Virus record (IMG/VR): IMGVR_UViG_3300037512_001285
Location: 1-64,000 of that record
Reading direction: 5' to 3' (one strand)
Length of the DNA stretch: 64,000 nucleotides
From: an uncultured virus (IMG/VR IMGVR_UViG_3300037512_001285)
Taxonomy: Duplodnaviria > Heunggongvirae > Uroviricota > Caudoviricetes
The notes below the pieces were generated by a model, which was not told the DNA's origin, did not search any database, and saw nothing but the letters and a program-made list of their open reading frames with translations. Shown here in pieces: positions 30,653-40,681 of this stretch; position 1 is the stretch's first letter; each line of letters begins with the position of its first letter. The translations under genes and the position numbers were made by a program.

Positions 30653-30923
30653 AATGACGTCAAATTTTTGTTTTAATAGCGATTCTCACAAATCCTGATA
30701 AATTATATATCCGAAAAATTTCTCGCTTTATTTGAAGTTTTTTCTAAACCATGCATCAAATGTCTTTCTGGTGGAGCGTTCGTCGATCGGGTACTGTGAA
30801 ATGGGTTTTTTATTGTGTTTCTTGCTCATAGTTGTATCTGTTTGAATATATATATATAACAAAAGACTCCACATCATTTAGTGAAGTCTTATTTGGATTT
30901 ACAATTTACAAATTGTGAATCTC

Positions 30924-31094
30924 TTACTCTTCAACAACAGTAAGAGTACTGTCAGCGACCTCGAGAACCTCAACAGCTGCGCTGTCTACGGACTCAACAA
31001 CGGTCCCATCAACTGCCTTCTGATTGCTACATGTGCAAGCACCTGCAAACATTAACATTGCTGACATAGCAAGAATTGCAAAAACTTTCTTCAT
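30924..31094 (-). CDS. Small lipoprotein (56 aa)
   Basis: Manual translation MKKVFAILAMSAMLMFAGAC-TCSNQKAVDGTVVESVDSAAVE...; below ORF-track cutoff. Confidence 0.75.
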   Translation of the reverse strand: MKKVFAILAMSAMLMFAGACTCSNQKAVDGTVVESVDSAAVEVLEVADSTLTVVEE

Positions 31095-31109
31095 AATTAA
31101 AAAATTTAT

Positions 31110-31628
31110 TTATCTATTTAATATATTGATTGCCTCACGCATCTTTAATTCCGTCAATCCAGTCTCTCCCGGATGACACTCTTGTGCCGCCTGTAGAAAG
31201 TCACAACAACAATGTACAAAGTGTCCCTGTAGTTGGTCTTCTGTGAAATCCTTATCATCATCAAGGATGACATAATTGTCGCAAGGATGAACCCTCAGGA
31301 ACAGTTCCACTTCTTCACCACGATCAGGCCACGTCAACACACCATTCTCGTCTTCGTGTGTAAGCGAAGGGGTGATGTCAAAGTCTGTCGGGATACCAAC
31401 GGTTTCAAAATATTTCTTCAACTCCATGTCGAGCCTCCAGCTGGAACTCACTACAAGTCTGGCACCGGTCTCCGTAAGTATCTGATTCAGTCTCTTAACA
31501 CATTCAGGATCGAAGCATTCTTCCCACCAGCAGGTAAAAGGCCGCTTGGCTTCGACCTCTCTGATTTTATTAATATACCAATCCTCGTGGTTGAGGACTC
31601 CGTCTATATCTAGAAATAAATACTTCAT
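31110..31628 (-). CDS. HAD-family phosphatase (RNA-repair-associated type)
   Basis: FLDIDGVLN, VSSSWR, ILDD. Confidence 0.85.
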   Translation of the reverse strand: MKYLFLDIDGVLNHEDWYINKIREVEAKRPFTCWWEECFDPECVKRLNQILTETGARLVVSSSWRLDMELKKYFETVGIPTDFDITPSLTHEDENGVLTWPDRGEEVELFLRVHPCDNYVILDDDKDFTEDQLQGHFVHCCCDFLQAAQECHPGETGLTELKMREAINILNR

Positions 31629-31876
31629 CTGTACTTCTTATTAAATATTTTTCTCAACCCTTTTCGATGAAAGAGTTTTAGCCCGTATAATTCTCTTCTG
31701 CGTTTACATACAGGACATACAAAGTATTCTATAATATCAGGTTCATAATAATGAGGTTCTAGTTGAATATCACTTTTCTCCACTTCTAATATACTTCCGC
31801 AATGATAACATTTATAGATGTATTTCGGATTTTTCGGGGGAATCTGATCGTTTCTATGTTCTTCTATTACCTTCAT
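31625..31876 (-). CDS. Zn-ribbon protein
   Basis: CYHCG...CPVC. Confidence 0.7.
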   Translation of the reverse strand: MKVIEEHRNDQIPPKNPKYIYKCYHCGSILEVEKSDIQLEPHYYEPDIIEYFVCPVCKRRRELYGLKLFHRKGLRKIFNKKYR

Positions 31877-31880
31877 ATCT

Positions 31881-32249
31881 TTACTTAATTATGTGAAAAT
31901 CAATGTATTGTCCGAAGTACCACTTCAAAAACTCCTTTTCTCGCTCACCCCAGTAAACCGAACCCTCATCGGTATCCACCCACGGGAACGCAGACGAGAT
32001 AGTGAGTGTATTGAGTCGACCCGTGACAATCTCTTCTATATCATATTCCATATCAGGATTACTGAGCATCGCTTTCTGAATATTTGAATAGAACTCCGGA
32101 TACCACTTCCGAGTCTTTAACCAACACTCAATCTCAACGGGTTCTCGACCAACGAGTTTATAATACTTTAAGTTATTCTGCTGAATAATGTAGATTACTA
32201 TTGGAGCAACCAATAGGAGTATAAATAATATCCAAAGAAATGTCATCAT
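31881..32249 (-). CDS. Membrane-anchored hypothetical protein
   Basis: N-terminal hydrophobic helix; FPW.DT.EG..YW. Confidence 0.7.
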   Translation of the reverse strand: MMTFLWILFILLLVAPIVIYIIQQNNLKYYKLVGREPVEIECWLKTRKWYPEFYSNIQKAMLSNPDMEYDIEEIVTGRLNTLTISSAFPWVDTDEGSVYWGEREKEFLKWYFGQYIDFHIIK

Positions 32250-32252
32250 AGC

Positions 32253-33332
32253 TTAACAGTTTTGAATTCCTTTTTTATATGCGGCAGCCGCTGCTGGTGT
32301 GATTCGCGAAAGCACAGAATTGATTCTGAACTCCTCGAGATTGTATGCATTACAGTAAGACATAGAACTCTTAATTGCAGATTCAATCTGTTCTGTCCTT
32401 TCCGCGAGCGTACAATCTACCTGGACGACATCAATAATACCTTCACTGTTCTTGAGAGTGGTGTTACCCATGTCTATCTGTGCTCGTTTAGTAGACATAC
32501 CCCAGTACTCTTTGAATCGAACTGGATTAGATGTGCCTACCTGAGTGGCGTCACAGAGCACAGGACTAGCACTTTCTTCAACCGAACAAAGGAACCGCCC
32601 ACACATCACCGCATCCGCGCCCAGCGCAAGTGCCTTGCAGATATCTTCACTATCACCTATTCCACCATCAGCAATGAGCTTCAGGTAGCGTCTACCATTG
32701 AACTCAAAGGTGCTCCTGTAGAAGTGGCTTTCTGCAATGAGAGATGCCATTGGATAGTGTACACCCGTCTGTGCAGAAGTTGTACATACACTACCACCAC
32801 CGATCCCAAGACGGACCCAATCAGCAAAGTCGTTATATGCGATGGTTGTGATAGTTCGTGGGTTAGCTATATTACCAACCATTATCTCGGACCCCGGAGC
32901 AATAATATCGAGTCTCTCACGGAGAATCTTGCCTACCGTGATGACATCTTCCATATGACCATTGGCCTGGTCAATACAGATTTTAACCGGGCCGAAATTC
33001 TTAAAGAATTTAGAAAACTCCGCCAATTCATCAATAAGACGTTTCGTTTCATGAAGACCGAAAGCAACCCAGGTACCTGTCCTCAAGAGCTCGAGTCTCA
33101 TACTATAATCAATAGTCCTAGGGTAGATGGCATGAAAGTCTTTATTAAAAAGATCGAAGTTCTGCTCGTCTACCACACAGTTCATAGGAGAGACAAACAC
33201 AGGGAGTTTTCCATCGGACATCCTCGCGTTACACTCTTTTGTACGAGAATGAACCTTTGTCTGTTTTGAAGGAATGATAGCGACCTCACACAGTTCAAGG
33301 AGAGGTTCTTGTATGTTTTTGATTATATTCAT
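32253..33332 (-). CDS. guaC: GMP reductase / IMP dehydrogenase family protein
   Basis: SPM, DQANG, GIGGGSVCTT, IADGG, KALALGAD.VM.G, YWGMS; no CBS domains. Confidence 0.85.
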   Translation of the reverse strand: MNIIKNIQEPLLELCEVAIIPSKQTKVHSRTKECNARMSDGKLPVFVSPMNCVVDEQNFDLFNKDFHAIYPRTIDYSMRLELLRTGTWVAFGLHETKRLIDELAEFSKFFKNFGPVKICIDQANGHMEDVITVGKILRERLDIIAPGSEIMVGNIANPRTITTIAYNDFADWVRLGIGGGSVCTTSAQTGVHYPMASLIAESHFYRSTFEFNGRRYLKLIADGGIGDSEDICKALALGADAVMCGRFLCSVEESASPVLCDATQVGTSNPVRFKEYWGMSTKRAQIDMGNTTLKNSEGIIDVVQVDCTLAERTEQIESAIKSSMSYCNAYNLEEFRINSVLSRITPAAAAAYKKGIQNC

Positions 33333-33335
33333 ATA

Positions 33336-33779
33336 TTATTCGTTTATAATTCCGTATTCCTTAGCACAATTCCAGTTAATCTTAAATACATTATCATGAT
33401 CAAGTAACCACACGTCAAAACCGAGGATTTTGAACTTATAAGTTATCTTTTTAATCATCTTTTCACCAGTCGCCGTACCTTGATTGTATGGAGTTATTCC
33501 AAATATCTCAGCCGGAAAATCTGTAGTGAATCTACTTACACTTACAGTGTGATTGTCTAGTCCCAGCTTCACATAATAATATATATAAGATACTACATCA
33601 TTTATAACGGAATCTATTGTTTCTTCAGGAATAAAATCAAGACATTGAAAGTCATCCCGGCTGTACATATAATCTACAGCGGAATGACCTATATTCTTAC
33701 TCACACTATCATGCAGATTGAAAATTGTCTGTGCGGTGATAGTAGGAGATTCTATTATATCTTTATCAAAGAGACTCAT
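33336..33779 (-). CDS. MSIF-tag family protein (outlier)
   Basis: MSLFDKDIIES. Confidence 0.8.
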   Translation of the reverse strand: MSLFDKDIIESPTITAQTIFNLHDSVSKNIGHSAVDYMYSRDDFQCLDFIPEETIDSVINDVVSYIYYYVKLGLDNHTVSVSRFTTDFPAEIFGITPYNQGTATGEKMIKKITYKFKILGFDVWLLDHDNVFKINWNCAKEYGIINE

Positions 33780-34171
33780 GCGTCAGTAGAAATTCCACCA
33801 CCGAGATCTGTCAGTGGACTTGCTACACCGTTCAACGGATTTTCACTATCTCCGTCTTCCGGAAGTCTATATCCACAGAGACCAGCGAGCTCGTAACAAC
33901 GATTATCCAACAGGGTCTTACACGACTCGCGAATAATCAAAAGCACGTCGTTAGGGAGATCAATCTCAAGAGGGAAGTGCCAGAAGTTAGGGAGCCACCT
34001 GAGTTGGTACCCCACAGTCTTGACGAGCGTCGGACTCTCCCGCTTAAATTCAAATCCACTCTGATCCAGGAAGATCTGAATCTTCTCTATCTCTGCCGAG
34101 AGAGGAATCTCTGTCTTAAAAACATCAAATGCGTGTTTCCTGAGTTTCTTGATTTCGTTTTCTGTCCACAT
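33776..34171 (-). CDS. Hypothetical protein
   Basis: ORF with ATGA overlap. Confidence 0.65.
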   Translation of the reverse strand: MWTENEIKKLRKHAFDVFKTEIPLSAEIEKIQIFLDQSGFEFKRESPTLVKTVGYQLRWLPNFWHFPLEIDLPNDVLLIIRESCKTLLDNRCYELAGLCGYRLPEDGDSENPLNGVASPLTDLGGGISTDA

Positions 34172-34190
34172 ATTATAAATTGTTTAATGG

Positions 34191-34610
34191 TTAATTTTCT
34201 TCTTCCCAATTGATTTCTATATACTTACCAAGCATCGTTGGGTCGTCATCGTATACGTCCCATTTTATTTTCATCTTGAATCCGCGTTCCTGAAAATATT
34301 TACAAAACTCAACGAACTTCGGTTCTAGGTCTTTCCCGTGAATACCCTTGTTATCATACATTAGTTTTTTCACGTTTGTCCCTTTCTTAAAAGCACTAGT
34401 TAATCCCAACGCTTTCGGACAAATCCTATGATAATAAACCACACGCGGAACGGAATACTTTACTTCATCGTAAATAACTCCCAATAGTTTATCACAAGTG
34501 GTCTCGAGAGGTTCTCCTTCTGGTGGAACCATCCGTTTACTTATGAGATCCCTCAGAAAACTTGCGGTGATGGGGTTATCCGCGTTTATATTATCGTTAA
34601 ATATGCTCAT
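34191..34610 (-). CDS. MSIF-tag family protein (outlier)
   Basis: Start reassigned to MSIFNDNIN; ITA and GF...I.W shared with 33336-33779. Confidence 0.8.
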   Translation of the reverse strand: MSIFNDNINADNPITASFLRDLISKRMVPPEGEPLETTCDKLLGVIYDEVKYSVPRVVYYHRICPKALGLTSAFKKGTNVKKLMYDNKGIHGKDLEPKFVEFCKYFQERGFKMKIKWDVYDDDPTMLGKYIEINWEEEN

Positions 34611-34633
34611 GAATTTATTTAACAAATTCTTCG

Positions 34634-35365
34634 TTATTCTTTAGCGATCTCAACCGAGAATGGTGGATAGTTCTTCTTGTAGTCTTCATCTAACATACTT
34701 ACGTTAACCACTTTCGTTCCATTTCCCCCATCGGTCTCGTGGTGATCCCCGCTGTGAACGTGTCCACAAAACACATAACCGATCTGCTTAAAGTAAATAG
34801 CATCTGTGAGTTCCTGGCATCCGAAGTTTCGACCCCAGTTCCATCCCCTCTGAAGAACGGTTCCTGCATCACCAATCCGTGGAGGGCAGTGAGTGAGGAG
34901 CACGTCAACCCGATCTGGAATTTTAGCATACTCTTGCTCTAGTTTGAAGTGATCTCCGTAGAACGCCCATGACTGTAAGTCGGGACACCAAGAAGTACCA
35001 TAGAAGGTAAACCCTTCATATTTCCATCCGTTGTCACAAAGGATAACGAGTTTATGTTGCCCTTTGAGAGAGCCAGGCATAAGGAGTCTGGACATCATCT
35101 CACCATTATTCATATGGTCCGGCCCGATGTGTTGTGCAAAGAAGTCATGATTTCCAAAGACCATCACTACTTTCTTAAAAGGAAGGGAGTCGGTCCATGG
35201 GATGAACACCTGGCAGAACCACGCGATGGACTGTACGTCGTTGCGTTGAAGATCAAGCGGAACTACATCTCCACATATACAGAGGACATCTCCCTCCTCG
35301 AAGAAATCGGGCTTCGGGAGATTTCCGTGAAGGTCACTAATTGCTGATAATTTAAGTTTTCTCAT
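34634..35365 (-). CDS. Calcineurin-like metallophosphoesterase
   Basis: SDLHG, GD, GNHD, THCPP, GHVH. Confidence 0.9.
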   Translation of the reverse strand: MRKLKLSAISDLHGNLPKPDFFEEGDVLCICGDVVPLDLQRNDVQSIAWFCQVFIPWTDSLPFKKVVMVFGNHDFFAQHIGPDHMNNGEMMSRLLMPGSLKGQHKLVILCDNGWKYEGFTFYGTSWCPDLQSWAFYGDHFKLEQEYAKIPDRVDVLLTHCPPRIGDAGTVLQRGWNWGRNFGCQELTDAIYFKQIGYVFCGHVHSGDHHETDGGNGTKVVNVSMLDEDYKKNYPPFSVEIAKE

Positions 35366-35466
35366 ATTGTAATTACGAAGTCTTTTGGTTGAGACTCCTC
35401 AACTAAAATATATAAAAAAAGACCCCCTTGTTTAGGAGGTCTTTTGGAGTGAAATTTTGGTAATTA

Positions 35467-36810
35467 TTAAATCACGCCGTCATCGCCGTTATTAACGCCA
35501 CGCAAATCATAATCAATAAACGCAATATAATATCCGAAATCTTCGGCGTATGTTTTCCAATCGTCTCCGGTATACCCATGAATTACATTAACAAATACTA
35601 TTGCTGCAAGATATACATGAGATTCTGATGGATCTGGGGGGAATGATGAGTAAAAAATACAAGGATATTCCCATATTTCGCTCAAATACATATGAGTTTT
35701 CGTTCTCCAAGCAATGTCATTTGTATCCAAGACTTTATATCCAGTTATTGAAGTATCGTCTTTTACTGTTATATCATATAGTTGCTGATTCATAGGTTCA
35801 TTCCACATACCATTTTGACTCGTATACATATATCCTCCATAAACCGGCCCACTAATAGTTCCTTCGGAATCAAATACAAATTCATATGTTGAATTATATA
35901 TATATCCGGGTTGTAATGCTGGTTGCCATGTATTATCACCAACATATCCGGGGAAAGAATAATTCAAATCATTAGTAATATTTTTTAGTAATAATATTTT
36001 TGGTTGAACTGGGGCGTCGGGAATAAATGGTAAACTTACTGTGCTGATTGATCCAGGACAGTTATAATTTGATAAAAGTGTACAAAGACTTGAAAAATAA
36101 TTATCGGAATCTCGTTCAGGAAGATTTTCATAATCAGATATAAAATCTAAAATACTATATTCACACATTGTATCAATAGATTCCTTGGTTAAAATAAAAG
36201 CATTATTTTTATCCTTTGGATAATATTTTTGACCATATGTAACCAAATTATCTTCTTCAAGGCTCTGAAACCAACTATAATATCCTTCTTCGCCAAGCTC
36301 ATTTATCATTTTATTTATAAATGTTTGAGCATCATCATTGATATTAAAATCATTATCAAGAGTGCTTTTTACAAATGATATTTGATTCGATGATAAATTA
36401 ACATGATATATTTGTTCTACCCAAAATGCCCCCATATCATATCTATGAGCCGACGGTGTATTTGTAAGTATTCCGTCATAATAATCAGTTGGTATTGAAT
36501 CCAATAATCCATTTTTAGCGACATAGTCGCCAGATGGAGATCCACCAGACACATCAACGTCAGCATACTCGTAAGCAGCAACGTTAACAGTGCCGTTTTC
36601 TGTAATTTCAATAGTACCAGTAGGAGTACTTCCACCAGATACATTCACTTCTGCTGTGGCGTAATCGGTGACATCTACCTCACCGTTCTCTGTAATCTGG
36701 ATGGTTCCGGTAGGAGAATCATGTATATCAAGAGACTCAGCAAGCTCGTCTGAAGGAACTACTTGAGTTATATAACCCGCGTTTTTAAGTTTATCAACTA
36801 TTTCACTCAT
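35467..36810 (-). CDS. Putative virion structural/fibre protein
   Basis: Tandem PTGTI.ITENG.V.V..Y..A.V.VSGG repeats; acidic body. Confidence 0.55.
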   Translation of the reverse strand: MSEIVDKLKNAGYITQVVPSDELAESLDIHDSPTGTIQITENGEVDVTDYATAEVNVSGGSTPTGTIEITENGTVNVAAYEYADVDVSGGSPSGDYVAKNGLLDSIPTDYYDGILTNTPSAHRYDMGAFWVEQIYHVNLSSNQISFVKSTLDNDFNINDDAQTFINKMINELGEEGYYSWFQSLEEDNLVTYGQKYYPKDKNNAFILTKESIDTMCEYSILDFISDYENLPERDSDNYFSSLCTLLSNYNCPGSISTVSLPFIPDAPVQPKILLLKNITNDLNYSFPGYVGDNTWQPALQPGYIYNSTYEFVFDSEGTISGPVYGGYMYTSQNGMWNEPMNQQLYDITVKDDTSITGYKVLDTNDIAWRTKTHMYLSEIWEYPCIFYSSFPPDPSESHVYLAAIVFVNVIHGYTGDDWKTYAEDFGYYIAFIDYDLRGVNNGDDGVI

Positions 36811-36843
36811 TTCAAATTCTTTTATTTATACTATAATAATCAT

Positions 36844-36874
36844 AAAAAAAGACCCTCCTCGAAAGGAAGGTCTT
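36844..36874 (-). terminator. Intrinsic terminator ending the tRNA operon
   Basis: AGACCTTCC-TTTCGA-GGAGGGTCT followed by T-tract. Confidence 0.75.
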
Positions 36875-36881
36875 GGGTATG

Positions 36882-36953
36882 AGCCGGAAGTCGGAGTCGA
36901 ACCAACAACCTACGGTTTACAAAACCGTTGCTCTGCCATTGAGCTATTCCGGC
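36882..36953 (-). tRNA. tRNA-Thr(TGT)
   Basis: Cloverleaf; ACGGT-TTTGTAA-ACCGT. Confidence 0.9.
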
Positions 36954-36962
36954 GGGTATTTG

Positions 36963-37034
36963 AGTGAAGTGGAGGAATCAAACCTCCGTCTCCTGCCTTC
37001 TCGGCTAGGTGTTCTCTCACTAAACTAATTCCAC
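36963..37034 (-). ncRNA. tRNA-like RNA lacking a canonical anticodon loop
   Basis: Acceptor, D and T arms present; anticodon arm CCTAGCC-GAGAA-GGCAGG. Confidence 0.5.
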
Positions 37035-37439
37035 TGTTACGGTCCTCTATCGCGGTCCCGTATAAACACATCGTCGGATTTCTACCGAAGGCATTAGCGC
37101 GTTTGCCAATTTTCACTTCTTGCAAGTCTCTGCATCAGTATAAGCCGAATATTCTCATCAGAGATCCGTTATTACAAACTACAATCGCTTCAGTGATTTC
37201 GTTCCGGTTTGCCGTCATAGTCGCTGACGGTTTCCTCATTGGCTGTAGATAGGATAGGATTATGTATTATCCCTATCTCTCACTCCTCAAGACACTGACG
37301 TACGGTTCAGCACTCTCTTTAAGTCTCTGTTGTCGTGGTAGTCTCCTGGACTCGAACAGGAGTAGGACCATTCTGCATCTATCTTATACCTTCAAAGAAC
37401 TAATATAAAATAACTAAAATCTGAAAGAAATTTAATATG

Positions 37440-37517
37440 TGGTAGTCCCGGAGAGATTCGAACTCTCACTGAATAGATCCTAAGTCTATTGCCATCTTCC
37501 AGTTGGGCTACGGGACC
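37440..37517 (-). tRNA. tRNA-Leu(TAG), short variable loop
   Basis: ATAGA-CTTAGGA-TCTAT; encoded CCA. Confidence 0.85.
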
Positions 37518-37906
37518 AAGTAAAAAAAAAATCATCACCTGTACCTACTCGCTGCACGGCACATCTCCCGGTAACGTCAGTCTCGAGGACCAACGCGTCT
37601 TCGATAAAATCCAGGGCTCTTTTGGAACGATCTCTTGAGCTAAAGTGATGTAAATATCAAGTTTAGTATATACCCTAAACTAAGGTGGAGTCCCTATTAA
37701 CGGAACCGAGCCGATACCTTGCTCGAAAAATTACAAATGAAGATTTATACTCTCAGCCAAATGACTTACGTCATCACCTTATGAAGTTAAAATTCGGGTA
37801 TTTAGTCAACATTAACTTTACAACATTAACTTTACAACATTATTCAAATAAATACTTTATGACTATCCCTTAATTGGTCCACTACATAAGATGTAAAAGA
37901 AAAAGA

Positions 37907-38022
37907 GCGAAAAGTAATGACGTTGGTCAGGCGGGGATTCGAACCCCGGTCTCTTCATCATTAGTGAAGTGTCTTGTCCTCTAGACTACCCGATCGGACT
38001 AGCGAATAGGAACTTTATATGC
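37907..38022 (-). ncRNA. Y-RNA-like element C (encloses a tRNA-like domain)
   Basis: GCATATAAAGTTCCTATT...TTACTTTTCGC flanks. Confidence 0.55.
37924..37995 (-). tRNA. tRNA with AAT anticodon (Ile), embedded in element C
   Basis: CTTCA-CTAATGA-TGAAG; TTCGAAT T-loop; one acceptor mismatch. Confidence 0.6.
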
Positions 38023-38043
38023 TCTTTAAAAAAAAAAACACTC

Positions 38044-38176
38044 GCGGAAAGTAAGCAATATTTCGTCGGCTATGCCATTTGCCTATCTCCCGAGAGTATG
38101 AATGATTTTTTGCCGGGAGAGCTGGACTCGAACCAGCATACAACGAATCCAGATTAGCAATAGGAACTTTCTATGC
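38044..38176 (-). ncRNA. YrlA-like Y RNA (element B)
   Basis: Terminal stem, T arm, closed acceptor stem TCTCCCG/CGGGAGA, D arm. Confidence 0.65.
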
Positions 38177-38191
38177 AAGTGTAAGGTACAA

Positions 38192-38274
38192 GCGAGAAGT
38201 AATACAACTCCGGCTATGTCGGAATTGAAGGAATCGAACCTTCGTTGACCATTTTAAATAGGAACTTCTTTTGC
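38192..38274 (-). ncRNA. Y-RNA-like element A
   Basis: Same terminal motif; T arm plus closed acceptor AATTCCG/CGGAGTT. Confidence 0.55.
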
Positions 38275-38278
38275 TTGT

Positions 38279-38355
38279 TGGTGGGCACGGGTGGATTCGA
38301 ACCACCGGCTTTCACTTTGTAAGAGTGACGGTCTAAACCACTGGCGTACGCGCCC
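38279..38355 (-). tRNA. tRNA-Val(TAC)
   Basis: TCACT-CTTACAA-AGTGA; CCA. Confidence 0.9.
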
Positions 38356-38654
38356 ATAGATGCCGCATTTACGGTAGTGCGGCCAACCCAAGAATCGCTC
38401 TTCGAGCGAACCCGTAACCCCTCTCGACAACTTGGTCGACGGGAAATACCCAAACTAACACATGATGTCTCAGTCTCTCGGAAAGGATTTCTTCCGGTAC
38501 TCTTCCAGTAATACCTCTTTATGATACCATATACGTTCTATATTTGGATTAATAACGTTGCTCTACATATACCCATATTACCTCTTGCGGTCCACACCTT
38601 GGCATTGTTCCAATCTACCAAGTTCATTCCGTGAATTGTTAGTTGTACAAGACG

Positions 38655-38726
38655 TGGACACATGTGGGATTTGCACCCCTCTGTCACATTGCAAATGTGA
38701 CGTGCTACTATTACACTACATGGCCC
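38655..38726 (-). tRNA. tRNA-Ala(TGC), atypical T-loop
   Basis: TCACA-TTTGCAA-TGTGA. Confidence 0.7.
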
Positions 38727-39013
38727 ATATGAAACACATCTACCACAGATTGACAGTCACTAGCCTTTATTACTCCAATCTCCTTATTTGTAATGAGACC
38801 ATTGTTTAACTATTACAGGCATACCTCCCTACCTCGATGTGTTATAAAAAAAGAACTAATGATACTCACCTCAGCACCAATCTTGGCGTACTTCCCATCG
38901 AGTATCTGACCACCTCTCTTTATTAGTTCTTAATTAAGAGCATAATTGATACTAGTCTCAATTAATTGTTATATTAGAGCGGTATATCACCTCACTCTCT
39001 AATATATCTCTTG

Positions 39014-39084
39014 CGGTCCATAGGAGTGCTGCCCTCCTGACCTTGGCGTGACAAGCCAATAGTTTACTGTTAGCCTAATGGACC
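39014..39084 (-). tRNA. tRNA-Asp(GTC), atypical T-loop
   Basis: TTGGC-TTGTCAC-GCCAA. Confidence 0.8.
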
Positions 39085-39091
39085 AATATTG

Positions 39092-39164
39092 CGGCTCGGA
39101 CAGGGTACGATCCTGTAACCTATTGATTAACAGTCAATTGCGCTACCAATTGCGCTACCGAGCC
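39092..39164 (-). tRNA. tRNA-Asn(GTT)
   Basis: ATTGA-CTGTTAA-TCAAT. Confidence 0.9.
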
Positions 39165-39176
39165 ATGCTCATATGT

Positions 39177-39905
39177 TTATTTGTAATTTTCTTTTATATA
39201 TTTTTTCAATTCTTCCGATTTATGTGGTAATCCAAATCTTTTACAATAATTTTGTATAGTCATAAAAGAAACACCGTATTTCTTTCTTAAACTATCCATA
39301 ATATAATTACATTCGGTTAAATCTTCAATCAACTTTTCTTTCGTTATTTGAACCTTTAAGTTATTTATTGATTTTTGCACACAACTTTTTGAACAAAATC
39401 TTTGTTGTTTATATTTTACTTCAAATTCTTTACCACAGTATTCACAATTTTTAATAACATGTTTTCCCCATTTAACACTACTGTGACAAAAATTATCAGT
39501 TTGTGAATGACAATTAGGACAAAGCAATTGTAAATTTTCTAATCTATTATCACAACGATTTCCATTTATATGATGAAGTTGGAGAGTTATTGGACTATTG
39601 TTCCATTCAGTAATACCACAACATTCGCATTTATTTTCTTTATATTTTAATATTCTCTTTTTTAATTGGCCTGTTCCTATAAAATGATCATGAATGGAAA
39701 ATAACTCTTCATCCGTGAACATTTTTTTATTAGGATTATATTTTATATTTTTATCAAAATGCGAAATATCTATATTATATATAGTTATAAGTTTTTTAAT
39801 TCTATCATAATTATTATTAGTTGGTCTTAATCCAACTATATTACAAACGTTAAATATATTATTACTATTTTTAACGGCTTCTTCTAAAATTTCTTTGTTA
39901 ATCAT
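39177..39905 (-). CDS. HNH homing endonuclease
   Basis: CECCG, LQLHHINGNRCDNRLENLQLLCPNCH. Confidence 0.9.
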   Translation of the reverse strand: MINKEILEEAVKNSNNIFNVCNIVGLRPTNNNYDRIKKLITIYNIDISHFDKNIKYNPNKKMFTDEELFSIHDHFIGTGQLKKRILKYKENKCECCGITEWNNSPITLQLHHINGNRCDNRLENLQLLCPNCHSQTDNFCHSSVKWGKHVIKNCEYCGKEFEVKYKQQRFCSKSCVQKSINNLKVQITKEKLIEDLTECNYIMDSLRKKYGVSFMTIQNYCKRFGLPHKSEELKKYIKENYK

Positions 39906-39968
39906 ATTCTAACCCTCAACTTTATATAAAAATAATAAAGTGTGGGTTAGAATTTATTTAATAATTTG

Positions 39969-40039
39969 TTGCGGTACCTGGACTCGAACCCGGAAGCTCT
40001 CCTTCAAAGGGAGGCATGTTACCATTACATCATACCGCA
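39969..40039 (-). tRNA. tRNA-Gln(TTG)
   Basis: CCTCC-CTTTGAA-GGAGA. Confidence 0.85.
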
Positions 40040-40045
40040 ATTCTG

Positions 40046-40656
40046 TGACCCCAGGGGGACTCGAACCCACCGACCCCAACATTCTTACCACTATAGCTTT
40101 CGCTACCAATTATCCTCTGTTTCTGCTTTTACTTTTGCCTATTCAGTTGCCTTTGTTTCCCTTTTCAGCATATCTCAAGAAACATGTTTCCGAGTAATTG
40201 TTTGTGGTCTGGACTCTATCTTAACCATATTGAAATCTTGCAAGTAATTATCTCTTCTTATAGCTACAATGATTAGTGTGGTTTCAGCTCCACCGATTTG
40301 ATAACATTTCAACTTAGGTTCCTCCTGTATAGTCTCTACACACTGTCTAAGATTTAACTACCCTTCATATAGTCGTTATCTTGGGTAAGTGGTCTTACGA
40401 TTCCACTACATCTTTAACATTGGCTCGGTATTGGCATATATGGACTGTCTTCTTCCGTCTGGACTCTAAAGCGATGCTTCTGTGTTACCACCAGCATTAA
40501 CCAGGAGTGGTTTGTTATTTAGACGATTGTCCGCAACAATGCTCCGTACATCCATACTTAGCTTTTGCCGAATTAGGGAGGATTTTCAATGTATCTTTCA
40601 ACACAAAGTTCCAATTTTTCAAAAGTGTTGTGCTCTACCAACTGAGCTATGAGGTC
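40046..40656 (-). tRNA. tRNA-Lys(TTT) split by a group I intron (exons 40656-40621 and 40083-40046)
   Basis: Joined exons give CAACA-CTTTTAA-TGTTG and a full cloverleaf. Confidence 0.9.
40084..40620 (-). mobile_element. Group I self-splicing intron, 537 nt, no ORF on its coding strand in the track
   Basis: P (AATTCGGCAAAAGC), Q (AATACCGAGCC), R (GTAGAGACTATAC), S (AAGATAGAGTCC); follows exon U, ends in G; P9.0 ACCAC/GTGGT. Confidence 0.9.
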
Positions 40657-40681
40657 CTTCCATTTTTCTATGAGTTATTTG

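Noticed and set aside
32262..33269. 335-aa plus-strand ORF
   Set aside because: Antisense shadow of guaC with no recognisable motifs
37036..37330. RNase P RNA or a second group I intron (GAGGAAA and CAGAGACT words)
   Set aside because: Partner elements and exons could not be found by eye; kept only as an unassigned candidate ncRNA
38044..38176. Functional circularly permuted tRNA gene
   Set aside because: No anticodon loop can be rebuilt; the shared terminal stem fits Y-RNA topology better
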